From NCBI GenBank assembly GCA_937936705.1, contig CALHCP010000054.1:11250-43249 (forward strand): 32,000 bases of DNA, in the 5' to 3' direction. The notes under the pieces were generated by a model. It ran no database searches, had not been told where the DNA came from, and saw nothing but the letters and a program-made list of their open reading frames with translations. A program made the translations under genes and the position numbers. Source of the DNA: an uncultured cyanobacterium. Lineage in GTDB: Bacteria; Cyanobacteriota; Cyanobacteriia; Gloeomargaritales; Gloeomargaritaceae. Each line of letters starts with the position of its first letter. The stretch's first letter is position 1. Shown here piece by piece: positions 1 through 8,946 of the stretch.

Positions 1-715
1 TGAAAAGGGTGCCGCCCCGTTGTTGAATGTATTGAACAATCGGTTGATGCAGGTATTGCTCCGGTGAGCCTTTCAACATATTCAAACGGGAAGCTTCCGT
101 GCGGGCGGCAAACATCATAAAAATCGTCAACATACACCGGGCAGAAATCTGCTCGGTATCGATAAATCCCAACGCCAAGGCAATCGGGTTCCACATGCGT
201 TCGAGGCTGTGTTGCGAACCCCCGTGACTGCGAAACCAATCGGCGAAACTCATCCGATCCAATTCCCGAATCCGGCGCATCGCCCAGTCGTAATTCACCA
301 AACCGGGCACAATCGGACTGGTTCCCAAAGCCAGCGCATTGCTTAGCTTGTCTAACCAAGTTAATTGCGCCGTGGTGAAAAAGGCTTTGAGTCCATGAAA
401 CGGGGCACCCAAAATAAACCGAAAATCCAATTCGCCCAACTTGCCACCCCGATTCACAAAGGTATGCACATGCGCTTTGGGGAGTAAATGCTCGAAGCCA
501 CCGACCCGCCGCAGCAGGGCAAACAGATGGTAATAGTTGTTAAAAAATACGTGCAAACCCATTTCGATATGATTGCCCTGCTCATCCCGCCAACTGCCGG
601 CCTTGCCCCCCACGAACCGGCGGCCTTCATACAATGTAACCTGATGTCCGGCTGCCACCAGTTCTACCGCCGCCGCCAGTCCCGCTAAACCTGCCCCTAC
701 AATCGCTACCCGCAT
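1..715 (-). CDS. crtQ: zeta-carotene desaturase (ZDS/CrtQ), N-terminal ~238 codons; the rest lies beyond the left window edge
   Basis: Hand translation of the reverse strand from the ATG at 715-713 gives [58 protein letters not shown]. The segments I translated (1-61 and ~541-715) contain no stop, and the frame at base 1 reads ...[20 protein letters not shown]. The GxGxxG FAD fold and the [10 protein letters not shown] block match cyanobacterial ZDS rather than PDS, from memory. It is absent from the ORF track because there is no in-window stop. Confidence 0.8.
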   Translation of the reverse strand, partial: MRVAIVGAGLAGLAAAVELVAAGHQVTLYEGRRFVGGKAGSWRDEQGNHIEMGLHVFFNNYYHLFALLRRVGGFEHLLPKAHVHTFVNRGGKLGELDFRFILGAPFHGLKAFFTTAQLTWLDKLSNALALGTSPIVPGLVNYDWAMRRIRELDRMSFADWFRSHGGSQHSLERMWNPIALALGFIDTEQISARCMLTIFMMFAARTEASRLNMLKGSPEQYLHQPIVQYIQQRGGTLF

Positions 716-817
716 GGCCCAAAAAATTAATTTTGCTTAACAGTTTATCTCAGATTCAGGGCAACGGTGCTACCGCCGCGCTTCCGTCCGGCTATCCTCA
801 AGCCATCCTGACCTGCA

Positions 818-915
818 GGGAACCTCTATTCATCCGGGACAAGCGGCTTCTCCATCAACTCGGTATGCCAGCGAGCTGATTTTCTGTTGGCTCCGATCCA
901 TAGCGATCCCCTTAA
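818..915 (+). repeat. copy C of the dispersed MITE-like intergenic element, a variant without the hairpin
   Basis: GGGAACCTCTAT (818-829) is identical to 12734-12745. AGCGAGCTGATTTTCTG (870-886) matches 12812-12828 at 15/17. The 3' end ATAGCGATCCCC (900-911) is an imperfect inverted copy of the 5' end (9/12) and is followed by TTAA (912-915). Confidence 0.5.
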
Positions 916-954
916 GATGAGAAGATTAGAATCCAGAAAACGGTTACCGACTCG

Positions 955-2196
955 ATGCACATTGCGGTTGTGGGCGGGGGAGCCGCCGGTTTTTGGGGAG
1001 CCATTCACGCCGCCCGCCGATTTCCCACCGCCCGCCTGACCATCTGGGAAGCGTTACCCCAACCGTTGACCAAAGTCCGCATTTCCGGCGGTGGCCGCTG
1101 CAATGTGACCCACCACTGTTTCGACCCCCTGGTGCTCAGCCAGCATTACCCCCGGGGTGGGGCGGCGCTGCGGGGACTGTTCACCCGGTTTCAACCCCAA
1201 GATGTCTTAGACTGGTTTGCCCAGGCCGGCGTTGCCCTGAAAACCGAGAGCGATGGCCGGATTTTTCCCGGTAGTGATGATAGCCAGACGATTGTCGGGG
1301 CTTTGGTTACGGCGGCCCAGCGCGCTAACATTGACCTGCAAACGCAGCATAAAATCCAAACGATTCAACGGCATGAGGGTCGGTTTCAGCTGCAGTGGGC
1401 CGGGGGGGGGATCGCCTGTGACCGCGTCCTCTTGGCGACGGGGAGTAGTCCCCAGGGGTATGCGATTGCCCAGAGTTTGGGACATCAGTTAATTCCCCCC
1501 GTGCCGGCGCTGTTTACCCTGCACATTCCCGACCCGGCGCTGCGGCAACTGGCGGGGGTGACGCTCCCGCACGTGCGCCTGAAATGGTTGGGGCAAGAGT
1601 TATGCAGCCCGGAGCAAAAACACCGGGAGCAAGTGGGGGCGCTGCTCATTACCCATTGGGGCATCAGCGGGCCGGTGGTACTGCGGTTGTCCTCATGGTT
1701 GGCGCGGTCGCTGCATCAATGTCAGTACCAAGGCCGATTACAGGTGAATTGGTTGGCGAACTGGGGGCGGCAAAAGCTGTATGAGCACTGTCAAACTCTG
1801 CGTTCCCAAGTCGCCCGCAAATCCCTGGGCAATTACCGCCCGACGCTGGAATTGCCCCAACGGCTCTGGCATTACCTGCTTCGAGCCGCTCACATTCCCC
1901 CGGAGCGACGCTGGGGAGAGCTGTCCCGGCGTGACCTGGAACAATTATTATTACAACTGACTGCTAAGGTTTATCCGGTGGCGGGCAAAGGCATTTACAA
2001 AGAAGAGTTTGTCACCTGTGGGGGCGTGCCCTGGGGTGAGGTGGATAGCCGCACCCTGCAAAGCCGGGTCTGTCCGGGGTTGTATCTCGCCGGCGAAATC
2101 CTCGATATGGACGGGCTGACGGGGGGATTCAATTTGCAGGCGGCTTGGACAACCGGTTGGGTGGCCGGTCAAGCCATCGGATTGACCCATGACTGA
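955..2196 (+). CDS. NAD(P)/FAD-dependent oxidoreductase, HI0933/YhiN (BaiN-like) flavoprotein family
   Basis: 413-aa ORF. The N-terminal dinucleotide fold is VVGGGAAGFWGA. The RISGGGRCNVTH block is typical of HI0933-like proteins. Confidence 0.75.
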   Translation: MHIAVVGGGAAGFWGAIHAARRFPTARLTIWEALPQPLTKVRISGGGRCNVTHHCFDPLVLSQHYPRGGAALRGLFTRFQPQDVLDWFAQAGVALKTESDGRIFPGSDDSQTIVGALVTAAQRANIDLQTQHKIQTIQRHEGRFQLQWAGGGIACDRVLLATGSSPQGYAIAQSLGHQLIPPVPALFTLHIPDPALRQLAGVTLPHVRLKWLGQELCSPEQKHREQVGALLITHWGISGPVVLRLSSWLARSLHQCQYQGRLQVNWLANWGRQKLYEHCQTLRSQVARKSLGNYRPTLELPQRLWHYLLRAAHIPPERRWGELSRRDLEQLLLQLTAKVYPVAGKGIYKEEFVTCGGVPWGEVDSRTLQSRVCPGLYLAGEILDMDGLTGGFNLQAAWTTGWVAGQAIGLTHD

Positions 2197-2857
2197 ACTG
2201 CCCTGTTTATCCCCATGGCTGACCGGAGCCGCCTATTACTTAGGTAAATATATTGTATTTCCCTTGTACTTTGGGAAAATTACCATTACCGGGCAGGAGC
2301 ACATCCCGCAAGAGGGAGCGTTGCTGGTGACGCCGACCCATCGCTCGCGCTGGGATGCGCTGCTGGTGCCCCATAGTGTGGGCTGGTTGGCAACGGGGCG
2401 GCATTTGTACTTTATGGTGAGTGCGGACGAAGTGCGGGGATGGCAGGGCTGGTGGATTCGCCGTCTGGGGGGATTTCCGGTGGAACGGCAGCGGCCGGGG
2501 CGGCAAACCCTGACCACGGCGGTTCAATTACTGCTGCGGGGGGACAGTTTGGTGGTCTTTCCCGAAGGCAAAATCTCCCGCGACGGGACGCTCCTGCCGC
2601 TCAAACCCGGGGCGGTACATCTGGCCTTGCAGGCGGTGCAAGCCAATCCCGAATTGCGGTTACATCTTTTGCCGGTCTATTTGCAGTACAGTCATCCCCA
2701 CCAACCCTGGCGCACGCGGGTTCAGATCAAAATCGGTTCCCCCCTGCCGGTGAGACCGCCGGTGGGGCAACCCCTGCGGCAGGCGGTGCTGGATGGGACT
2801 ATCCGGTTACAGACCGCCCTAGCGGCTTTGGGTGAGAGCCTGCACCACCTGGTCTAA
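2189..2857 (+). CDS. lysophospholipid (1-acyl-sn-glycerol-3-phosphate) acyltransferase family protein
   Basis: Carries the H(X4)D acyltransferase motif HRSRWD and the FPEGKISRDG block. Its start overlaps the upstream stop by 8 nt (ATGACTGA). Confidence 0.75.
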   Translation: MTELPCLSPWLTGAAYYLGKYIVFPLYFGKITITGQEHIPQEGALLVTPTHRSRWDALLVPHSVGWLATGRHLYFMVSADEVRGWQGWWIRRLGGFPVERQRPGRQTLTTAVQLLLRGDSLVVFPEGKISRDGTLLPLKPGAVHLALQAVQANPELRLHLLPVYLQYSHPHQPWRTRVQIKIGSPLPVRPPVGQPLRQAVLDGTIRLQTALAALGESLHHLV

Positions 2858-4138
2858 GCCCACCGAATGGGAGGCTTTCACCAGCACCCGATCCCCCGGT
2901 TGCAAGAGATGGTGCAGATGTTCAACGATCTGCTCATGGTCGGAGCAAAGGATGACGGGGACGGGCCGGGCGGCTTCGGCGAGGGGGAGAATTTCCGGGT
3001 CATTGAGAAGGATTAAATAATCGTATTGCAGTTCGGCGACCCGTTGCCCGACGGCTTGATGTAACGCCTGGGAATGGTCGCCCAATTCCCGCATCGCTCC
3101 CAAGACGGCGATATGGCGTTGACCGGGGGTTTGTTTGAGCGTGGTTAAGGTCGCCACAACCGCTTCCGGGCTGGCATTGTAGGTTTCATCCAGCAATAAA
3201 ATATCCGGTGCATAGGCTCGCCAACCACTGCGCCCCGGCGGCAAGGTTAAAGCCAAGGGTTGCTGCGGCCAGGGCACACCCAAGATTTTGGCCACCGCCA
3301 GAGCCGCCAGGAAATTCAGGGCATTATGTTCCCCGGCCAGGGGTAAGGGATAAACTTGGTCATCAATAATTAAACCATTTTCACCCACCTGTGCCTGTAA
3401 ATCGCCTGCGGTCAACCCATAGGTATAAGTTTTGCCTGCCCAGACGGCGCGGGCGGTGTGGTGTAATAACTCGTTTTCCTGCCAGTAAATGGCGGTGCCG
3501 TGGGGCTGGAGATGGGCAAACAGCTCACATTTGGCTTGAGCAATGGCGGCTCGGGAACCCAACCGGCCGATGTGGGCCGTCCCAACCGTGGTAATGACGC
3601 CGACATCGGGTTGGGCAATTTGGGCCAGGCGGGCGATTTCCCCCCGCGCCCGCATCCCCATTTCCAACACCACGTAATCGTATTGGTCGTTGAGTTGCAG
3701 GAGGGTTTTGGGCACGCCGATCTCGTTATTTTCGTTGGCCGCGGTTTTCAGAACCCGCCCCTGGGTAGCCAAGAGGGCGGCAATCAGCTCTTTGGTAGTC
3801 GTTTTGCCCGCCGAACCGGTGACGGCAATGACGGGAATAGCAAACCGCTGCCGCCACCAAGTCGCCAGGGTTTGGTAGGCCGTGCGGGTATCGGGAACCA
3901 AGAGCAAAGGTAAGGCCGATGAAAAGACATCTGCGCGGTGAATAATGGCGGCCACGGCTCCCTGCGCCAGCGCCCTCTGGACAAAATCATGCCCATCCCA
4001 GCGTTCCCCGACTAAGGCCAGGAATACATCCCCCGGTTGCACCTGCCGGCTATCGGTGGTCAGGCGCTGCCCCCGACCGCTGAGGGGTTGGCTGGGGGTC
4101 GCCCCCAAAATCGAGATGAGCTGCTCTAAACCAAACAA
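2819..4138 (-). CDS. murF: UDP-N-acetylmuramoyl-tripeptide--D-alanyl-D-alanine ligase MurF
   Basis: 439-aa ORF with the Mur ligase P-loop VTGSAGKTTTKE and MurF-like overall length and order. The apparent start codon is TTG at 4138-4136. Confidence 0.9.
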   Translation of the reverse strand: MFGLEQLISILGATPSQPLSGRGQRLTTDSRQVQPGDVFLALVGERWDGHDFVQRALAQGAVAAIIHRADVFSSALPLLLVPDTRTAYQTLATWWRQRFAIPVIAVTGSAGKTTTKELIAALLATQGRVLKTAANENNEIGVPKTLLQLNDQYDYVVLEMGMRARGEIARLAQIAQPDVGVITTVGTAHIGRLGSRAAIAQAKCELFAHLQPHGTAIYWQENELLHHTARAVWAGKTYTYGLTAGDLQAQVGENGLIIDDQVYPLPLAGEHNALNFLAALAVAKILGVPWPQQPLALTLPPGRSGWRAYAPDILLLDETYNASPEAVVATLTTLKQTPGQRHIAVLGAMRELGDHSQALHQAVGQRVAELQYDYLILLNDPEILPLAEAARPVPVILCSDHEQIVEHLHHLLQPGDRVLVKASHSVGLDQVVQALTQSR

Positions 4139-4168
4139 GACCCCAGACCTCAGCCCTTCATCCCGATT

Positions 4169-4357
4169 TTACCGGTCTTTCCCCGCCTGATTCTGAAAGA
4201 CCTGCCCCAATTCGTGAATGGCAAAATTCAGTACTTCTAATAGGGATTCGGAGGGCAGGAGTTCACAAATGCGCAGAATCTGCTCGGTGATGGCTTGTCG
4301 GTCAATAGCAGATGAGCCAATCTGAGATTGGCTCCGGGGTTGGTTTCCAGACTCCAT
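4169..4357 (-). CDS. small hypothetical protein (62 aa from the internal ATG), DUF2281-like C-terminal pattern
   Basis: MESGNQ...ITEQILRICELLPSESLLEVLNFAIHELGQVF. The LP-x-E-x-LxEVLxF pattern resembles DUF2281-type small proteins. It lies 30 nt upstream of murF on the same strand. The N-terminal part of the 88-aa track ORF looks non-coding. Confidence 0.3.
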   Translation of the reverse strand: MESGNQPRSQSQIGSSAIDRQAITEQILRICELLPSESLLEVLNFAIHELGQVFQNQAGKDR

Positions 4358-4760
4358 ACGGGGGCAAGGTGAAAATAACAGAAGGCAAGTAATATCCGCA
4401 GTTACTCCGTGGTGGCAAGAGGAGAGAGCATCCAACCTCCGTATATTTACTCTAAGAGCTGTGGATGACTATAGGGTCAAGGGTCTATACTATCAGATAT
4501 TTCTATGGAAATTTAAGTAAATTTACGGATGATAAAGCCGGATTGTGTGTGCGTTCAGCCCTCAAAGCACCCACCATATATTAATTTGACTCAGAATTTT
4601 TACGGATACAGCCCCGGTTGGTTCGTGCCTGACCGCCGGCTCTCAGAAACTTTACAAAAATTATTGATTGTTTTATGAAATTAGGTTACACTGTGGCAGC
4701 AAGGTCAGGGAATTTGAGTTATGTTGAGCAGAACTACCCTATGGCCTAAAGGGGGGTGAG

Positions 4761-4967
4761 TTGGCGTTGGCGGGTCGGGATCCACGGTTAATCCGGTTTT
4801 TACAGGAGGAGTTGGCGGTGTCCGCCTCTTCGATTGAGATGGCAATGCGGCGGGAAGATTCGGGGCAGGGGCCGCTGCCGATGGTTTTGTGGCGTTATGG
4901 GCTGATCAGTTTGGATCAGTTGGATCAGGTGTTTGCTTGGTTGGATACGGTGGATGCTGTGAATTAG
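4761..4967 (+). CDS. DUF2949-family small cyanobacterial protein
   Basis: 68-aa ORF. RLIRFLQEELAVSASSIEMAMR...GPLPMVLWRYGLISLDQLDQVFAWLD matches the conserved pattern I recall for DUF2949. TTG start in the track; the true start is uncertain. Confidence 0.55.
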   Translation: MALAGRDPRLIRFLQEELAVSASSIEMAMRREDSGQGPLPMVLWRYGLISLDQLDQVFAWLDTVDAVN

Positions 4968-5042
4968 GAGTGGCTTGGCTCCGGGGCGTTTACTTGCTGC
5001 TCACTCAAGAATTCGGCATGGGTGCTAGAGGGTACACAATCT

Positions 5043-5143
5043 AATCCTATAGTCAATCCTGGTTGAGTTTAGAATGGCGGTCGCAGGGGCGCAGTCCGCG
5101 ACTTGGGTTCTCCCAAATCTTTGTTTGCAAATCAGGTGATACC
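5043..5143 (+). repeat. copy A1 of the dispersed intergenic element, subfamily with the AATCCTA...AGAAT 5' part; carries the GC hairpin
   Basis: GCGGTCGCAGGGGCGCAGTCCGCGACTTGGGTTCTC differs at only 3 positions over 36 nt from the element at 12759-12794. The AATCCTA, TTGAG, AGAAT.GCGGTCGC and GGTTCTCCC blocks are shared with the reverse complement of 23955-24025. Confidence 0.5.
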
Positions 5144-5306
5144 GGAAACCTCTATTCCTTCAAAATGAGCGGTCGCAGGGGGGCGCCCCATCTGAGTTCC
5201 GATGGCCGTCGCCGCCAGGGCAAGGGCTTGGGGTGGGCATCACCGAGATGTCCTCGGTTCATTTTGTAGCGCCAATGTTTTGGGTTCGTGTTCCGGCATA
5301 CACCCT
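5144..5306 (+). repeat. copy A2 of the dispersed intergenic element, with a variant hairpin and a degenerate 3' end
   Basis: GGAAACCTCTAT (5144-5155) matches 11/12 to 12734-12745. AGCGGTCGCAGGGG follows at 5168-5181, then the 10-nt palindrome GGGGCGCCCC (5180-5189). The CGAGAT...CATTTT block (5244-5266) resembles 12814-12825. Confidence 0.4.
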
Positions 5307-5327
5307 AACGTTGTTCAGCAAATCAAG

Positions 5328-7091
5328 TCATAGGGCGGCAGTTGATGCCAAAGCCTGCTGTTGCAGTCGGGGCAAACCCACCCGCTGACAAAAATCCCCA
5401 AACCGTTCACCGCTGTACCGCTCTTGTTTATAAAAAGTAAATATGGGTTTTAAGGCTTGCGTCAGGCCATCCAAGGGCATTTTTTCCCAGAGGACTTGGG
5501 CTAACCGGTCGCCGTTGGGACTGGCTCCCACCCAAACCTGATACTGACCGGGTAAACTGCCCACCAACCCCAACTCCGCCAAATAGGGACGGGCGCACCC
5601 GTTGGGACAACCCGTCATCCGCACAATCAAGGGGGTATCGTGCAAACCCAATTCTCCCCACAGGGTTTCCACCTCGCGCAGGACATCCGGGAAAACTCGC
5701 TCGGATTCCGTAATCGCCAAACCGCAGGTAGGCAAGGCGGGACAGGCCATCGCCAACTGGGTCAATGGCGACAAATCATCGGGCAAGGGGACTCCGTGCG
5801 TCTGTAAAATGTTAGTAATTTTGCTGCGCCAGGCGGGGTCAATGTCGGTGAAAATCAGGTCTTGGGTGGGACAGAGCTGAATGGGCAGGGCAAATTGTTC
5901 GTTAATCAGCCGCAGGGCGGTTTTGAGTTGGCAGGTGGCCGTGTCCCGAATCCGCCCGTTGGCAATGGATAACCCCAAAAACAACTTGCCGTCCCCTTGG
6001 GGTTGCCAGCCCAAGTAGTTTAACCCGGCGGGGAAGGGCGGGATTTTGTGCCAGGGTTTGAGTTTCTGGCCGGCATAGTCCTGCACCACCTGCCGGAATT
6101 TACGGATCCCCCAGGTGTGGACTAAATACTTCATGCGGGCTTGGCGGCGGTCTTGGCGATTGCCGTGATCCCGTTGGACGGCTAAAATCGCCTGAATCAC
6201 GGTTTCAATTGCAGCCGCCGGTGCAAACCCCAGGGGCTGTGCCAACAGGGGAAAGGTTTCTTCTTTGTTGTGGGTACGCCCCATACCGCCGCCGACCAGG
6301 ATATTAAACCCCTGCAAGTTTCCCTTAGCATCCGTCACCACGATCAGGCCGATATCCTGGGAGTAAATATCCACGGAATTGTCATCGGGGACGGTAATGG
6401 CGCATTTGAATTTCCGGGGCAGGTATTGGTTGCCGTACAGGGGTTCCACCGGGTCGTCCAGATGGATTTTGGGCAGGCGTTGCAGCTCCGGCAAAACCGG
6501 AATTTCCACCTCTTGGTCATCAATCCACAGTTCGTAGTAGCTGCGGGTGCGCGGCAGGAGTAAATCCGACAACCGGCGGGCGTACTCCTGGGCATGGCGA
6601 TAAGCGGGGCGGTTCCGAAAGGGGGCCGGTGGCGCCATCACATTGCGGTTAATATCGCCGCAGGTGGCCAGCGTCGTGCCCATCTGGCGGACAATTTCCT
6701 GGATGACCGTCGGCAAATGCCCCTTGAGCACGCCGTGCATTTGAAAAGTCTGCCGCGTGGTCACGCGCAGCGTGCCGTTGCCGTACCGATCCGCCAAGGC
6801 AGCCAACGTGCGGTAAAGCAGAGCCGGCACCTGCCCCCCCGGTTGACGGGTACGGAGCATCATGCTAAATTCCCGCTCCAAGCCCTGCTGACGCAATTCC
6901 TGGCGTTTGTCCCGGTCGTCCTGCTGGTAGGAGCCGTGGAATTTCAAAATCTGAACCGCGGGTTCGCTGAAATGGCTGGTGGGTTGGACGGCTTCCGTCG
7001 CCAACGGTTCGCGCAGATAATCGCTGGCAACTTTCACCGCCTCGCTGCGGGGGAGGCGTACCTGCGGGTCGGTCGGGGGAACAGCAGTCAT
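5328..7091 (-). CDS. sir: ferredoxin-dependent assimilatory sulfite reductase (siroheme/[4Fe-4S])
   Basis: 587-aa ORF with the N-terminal KFHGSYQQDDRDKR block and the siroheme-FeS cysteine clusters TGCPNGCARP and ACPALPTCGLA. Its length and N-terminus fit Sir rather than NirA. It is divergent from cysH. Confidence 0.88.
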   Translation of the reverse strand: MTAVPPTDPQVRLPRSEAVKVASDYLREPLATEAVQPTSHFSEPAVQILKFHGSYQQDDRDKRQELRQQGLEREFSMMLRTRQPGGQVPALLYRTLAALADRYGNGTLRVTTRQTFQMHGVLKGHLPTVIQEIVRQMGTTLATCGDINRNVMAPPAPFRNRPAYRHAQEYARRLSDLLLPRTRSYYELWIDDQEVEIPVLPELQRLPKIHLDDPVEPLYGNQYLPRKFKCAITVPDDNSVDIYSQDIGLIVVTDAKGNLQGFNILVGGGMGRTHNKEETFPLLAQPLGFAPAAAIETVIQAILAVQRDHGNRQDRRQARMKYLVHTWGIRKFRQVVQDYAGQKLKPWHKIPPFPAGLNYLGWQPQGDGKLFLGLSIANGRIRDTATCQLKTALRLINEQFALPIQLCPTQDLIFTDIDPAWRSKITNILQTHGVPLPDDLSPLTQLAMACPALPTCGLAITESERVFPDVLREVETLWGELGLHDTPLIVRMTGCPNGCARPYLAELGLVGSLPGQYQVWVGASPNGDRLAQVLWEKMPLDGLTQALKPIFTFYKQERYSGERFGDFCQRVGLPRLQQQALASTAAL

Positions 7092-7172
7092 TTATCGCTA
7101 ATTCCGGTCGGATTTAGTTGGTTTAATTCAATGTATCATTTTTGGGGTTGTGACACTCTTAAGGGAAGTTGA

Positions 7173-7964
7173 ATGAATCCGGTGCAAGCAGACCAGAACC
7201 CCTATCGTGGTAAGGCAAATATACCTAACGAGACGAGCATGTTCCCCGAACTGATGCAAAAAGTGCAAACCCTGGATCTCGCCGCCCTCAACCAGGAACT
7301 CGATGGGGCGACTCCCCGGGAAATTCTCGCCTGGGCCAATCAGCTATTACCTGAGGGCTTGGTGCAGGCCAGTGCGTTCAATGTGGACGATATGGTGATT
7401 ACCGACCTGCTCTACCGCGACCTCAAACCCCATCACCCGGTGCCGGTCTTATTTCTGGACACCCTGCATCATTTCCCGGAAACTCTGGAATTGGTCGCCC
7501 GCAGTACCCAGCATTACGACCTCAACCTGAAAATTTACCGGATTATGACGGTGGATTCCCGGACGGCCTTTGCCCAACGTTACGGGGAAAAACTCTGGGA
7601 AACCGATATTGAGCAATTCCACCAGCTCACCAAAATCGAACCCCTGCAGCGGGGGCTGACCGAATTGGGAGCCGTGGCCTGGATTACGGGTCGCCGCCGG
7701 GATCAAGCCCATACCCGCTCCGATATGCCGATTCTGGAGTGGGATAAACGACAACGCCTGAAAATCAATCCCCTGGCGAATTGGACGCGCCCCCAAAGCT
7801 GGGACTACGTCATGGCGCATCAAGTCCCTTACAACCCCCTGCACGACCAAGGTTACGCCAGCATTGGCGATGAACCCCTGACCACGCCGGTGGCGGAAGG
7901 AGAAGACGAACGGGCGGGACGCTGGCGGGGGAGCGGCAAAACCGAATGCGGCATCCACCTGTAG
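7173..7964 (+). CDS. cysH: phosphoadenosine phosphosulfate (PAPS) reductase CysH
   Basis: 263-aa ORF ending in the catalytic KTECGIHL motif. That is the only Cys in the protein, so the CC...CxxC Fe-S motif of APS reductases is absent. This indicates the thioredoxin-dependent PAPS-reductase type. Confidence 0.88.
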   Translation: MNPVQADQNPYRGKANIPNETSMFPELMQKVQTLDLAALNQELDGATPREILAWANQLLPEGLVQASAFNVDDMVITDLLYRDLKPHHPVPVLFLDTLHHFPETLELVARSTQHYDLNLKIYRIMTVDSRTAFAQRYGEKLWETDIEQFHQLTKIEPLQRGLTELGAVAWITGRRRDQAHTRSDMPILEWDKRQRLKINPLANWTRPQSWDYVMAHQVPYNPLHDQGYASIGDEPLTTPVAEGEDERAGRWRGSGKTECGIHL

Positions 7965-7971
7965 GGGAGGG

Positions 7972-8946
7972 GTGGATTTTTCGGCTATACTAAAATTTAA
8001 CCAGTTCTTAACCTTAGCAAGAGCCATGACCCAAGAAACCCTGGGGTGGTGGGTACACCAAAATCTGGGGCAAGCGTTTCACAAATGGGGGAAACAGGAA
8101 GCGGCGGTGAGCCGGGGGGATGACCCGGAGAGTATTCACCAGATGCGGGTGGCCATGCGGCGGTTGCGGGCGGGGATGTCGGCGTTTCGAGCGGTTTTAG
8201 ACCTACCGCGGGCGACCCGCAAGGTGGGCATGATCAGCCGGGTGTTGGGGCAGGCGCGGGATACGGACGTGATGTTGGCCCATTTAGAGGTTGATTATTT
8301 CCCGGCGCTGCCCCCCGCGGAGCAAACGATGCTGCGGCAATTTATGGACGACCTCCGCCAGCAACGGCAGGCAATGCAGCGAGAATTGGTCGCCTTACTC
8401 ACCTCAGCCACCTACGGCCGGGTCAAAGAAGCGTGGGCTAAATGGCTGGCGGCACCCCGCTGGCAGCCCTTGGGGGATTGGCCGGTGGCCGAGGCATTAC
8501 CCCATCTCCTGGTGATTGCCTGGGCGGGGCTGGCTCTGCACCTGGGCTGGCGGGTGGAGGATGGCACCGGCGACCGCGAGCAACTCCACGACCTGCGTAA
8601 AGCCATCAAACGCACCCGTTACCTCTGGGAATTTGCCCAGGAGCAGTTGCCCACGGGGTTAATGGAGACATTGACTTTACTCCGGCAAGCCCAGGACATC
8701 TTAGGCCATCTGCAGGATGGATTTGTTTTAGAATCCCGTTTGGGGTCAACCTGTCCCAGGCTGCACCAGCTGTTGACCCAGCAACAAGCCCAGGTCTGGC
8801 AAACTTGGCAGACCCTGCGGGAGCAACTCGCCCAGGGAGCCAGGCATGACCAGGTTTATCAACACCTCGGTCAGCAATGCCGGAGCGGCAACCCCCCTAG
8901 CCCGGACAACGAAACCGTTCGTCCATCTGCAATTCTGCTTGGATAA
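7972..8946 (+). CDS. CHAD domain-containing protein
   Basis: Two CHAD-type helices with conserved basic patches: IHQMRVAMRRLRAGMSAFR and LHDLRKAIKRTRYLWEF. The track start is GTG at 7972. The ATG at 8026 (MTQETLGWW) is an equally plausible start. Confidence 0.7.
   Translation: MDFSAILKFNQFLTLARAMTQETLGWWVHQNLGQAFHKWGKQEAAVSRGDDPESIHQMRVAMRRLRAGMSAFRAVLDLPRATRKVGMISRVLGQARDTDVMLAHLEVDYFPALPPAEQTMLRQFMDDLRQQRQAMQRELVALLTSATYGRVKEAWAKWLAAPRWQPLGDWPVAEALPHLLVIAWAGLALHLGWRVEDGTGDREQLHDLRKAIKRTRYLWEFAQEQLPTGLMETLTLLRQAQDILGHLQDGFVLESRLGSTCPRLHQLLTQQQAQVWQTWQTLREQLAQGARHDQVYQHLGQQCRSGNPPSPDNETVRPSAILLG

Noticed and set aside
5096-5115. tRNA-like appearance of GACTTGGGTTCTCCCAA (and GACTTCGGTTCTCGC at 12782-12796).
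   Set aside because: There is no GTTCGAATC-type T-loop, no acceptor-stem complement and no cloverleaf that I could fold by eye. The sequence is part of the repeat family.
5063-5269. 68-aa ORF in the DUF2949-sir intergenic region, and the 62-aa ORF at 12745-12933 (minus strand).
   Set aside because: Both are built almost entirely from the dispersed repeat copies (A1/A2 and B). The shared nucleotide blocks are not in a consistent reading frame or strand, so the ORFs are by-products of the repeat.
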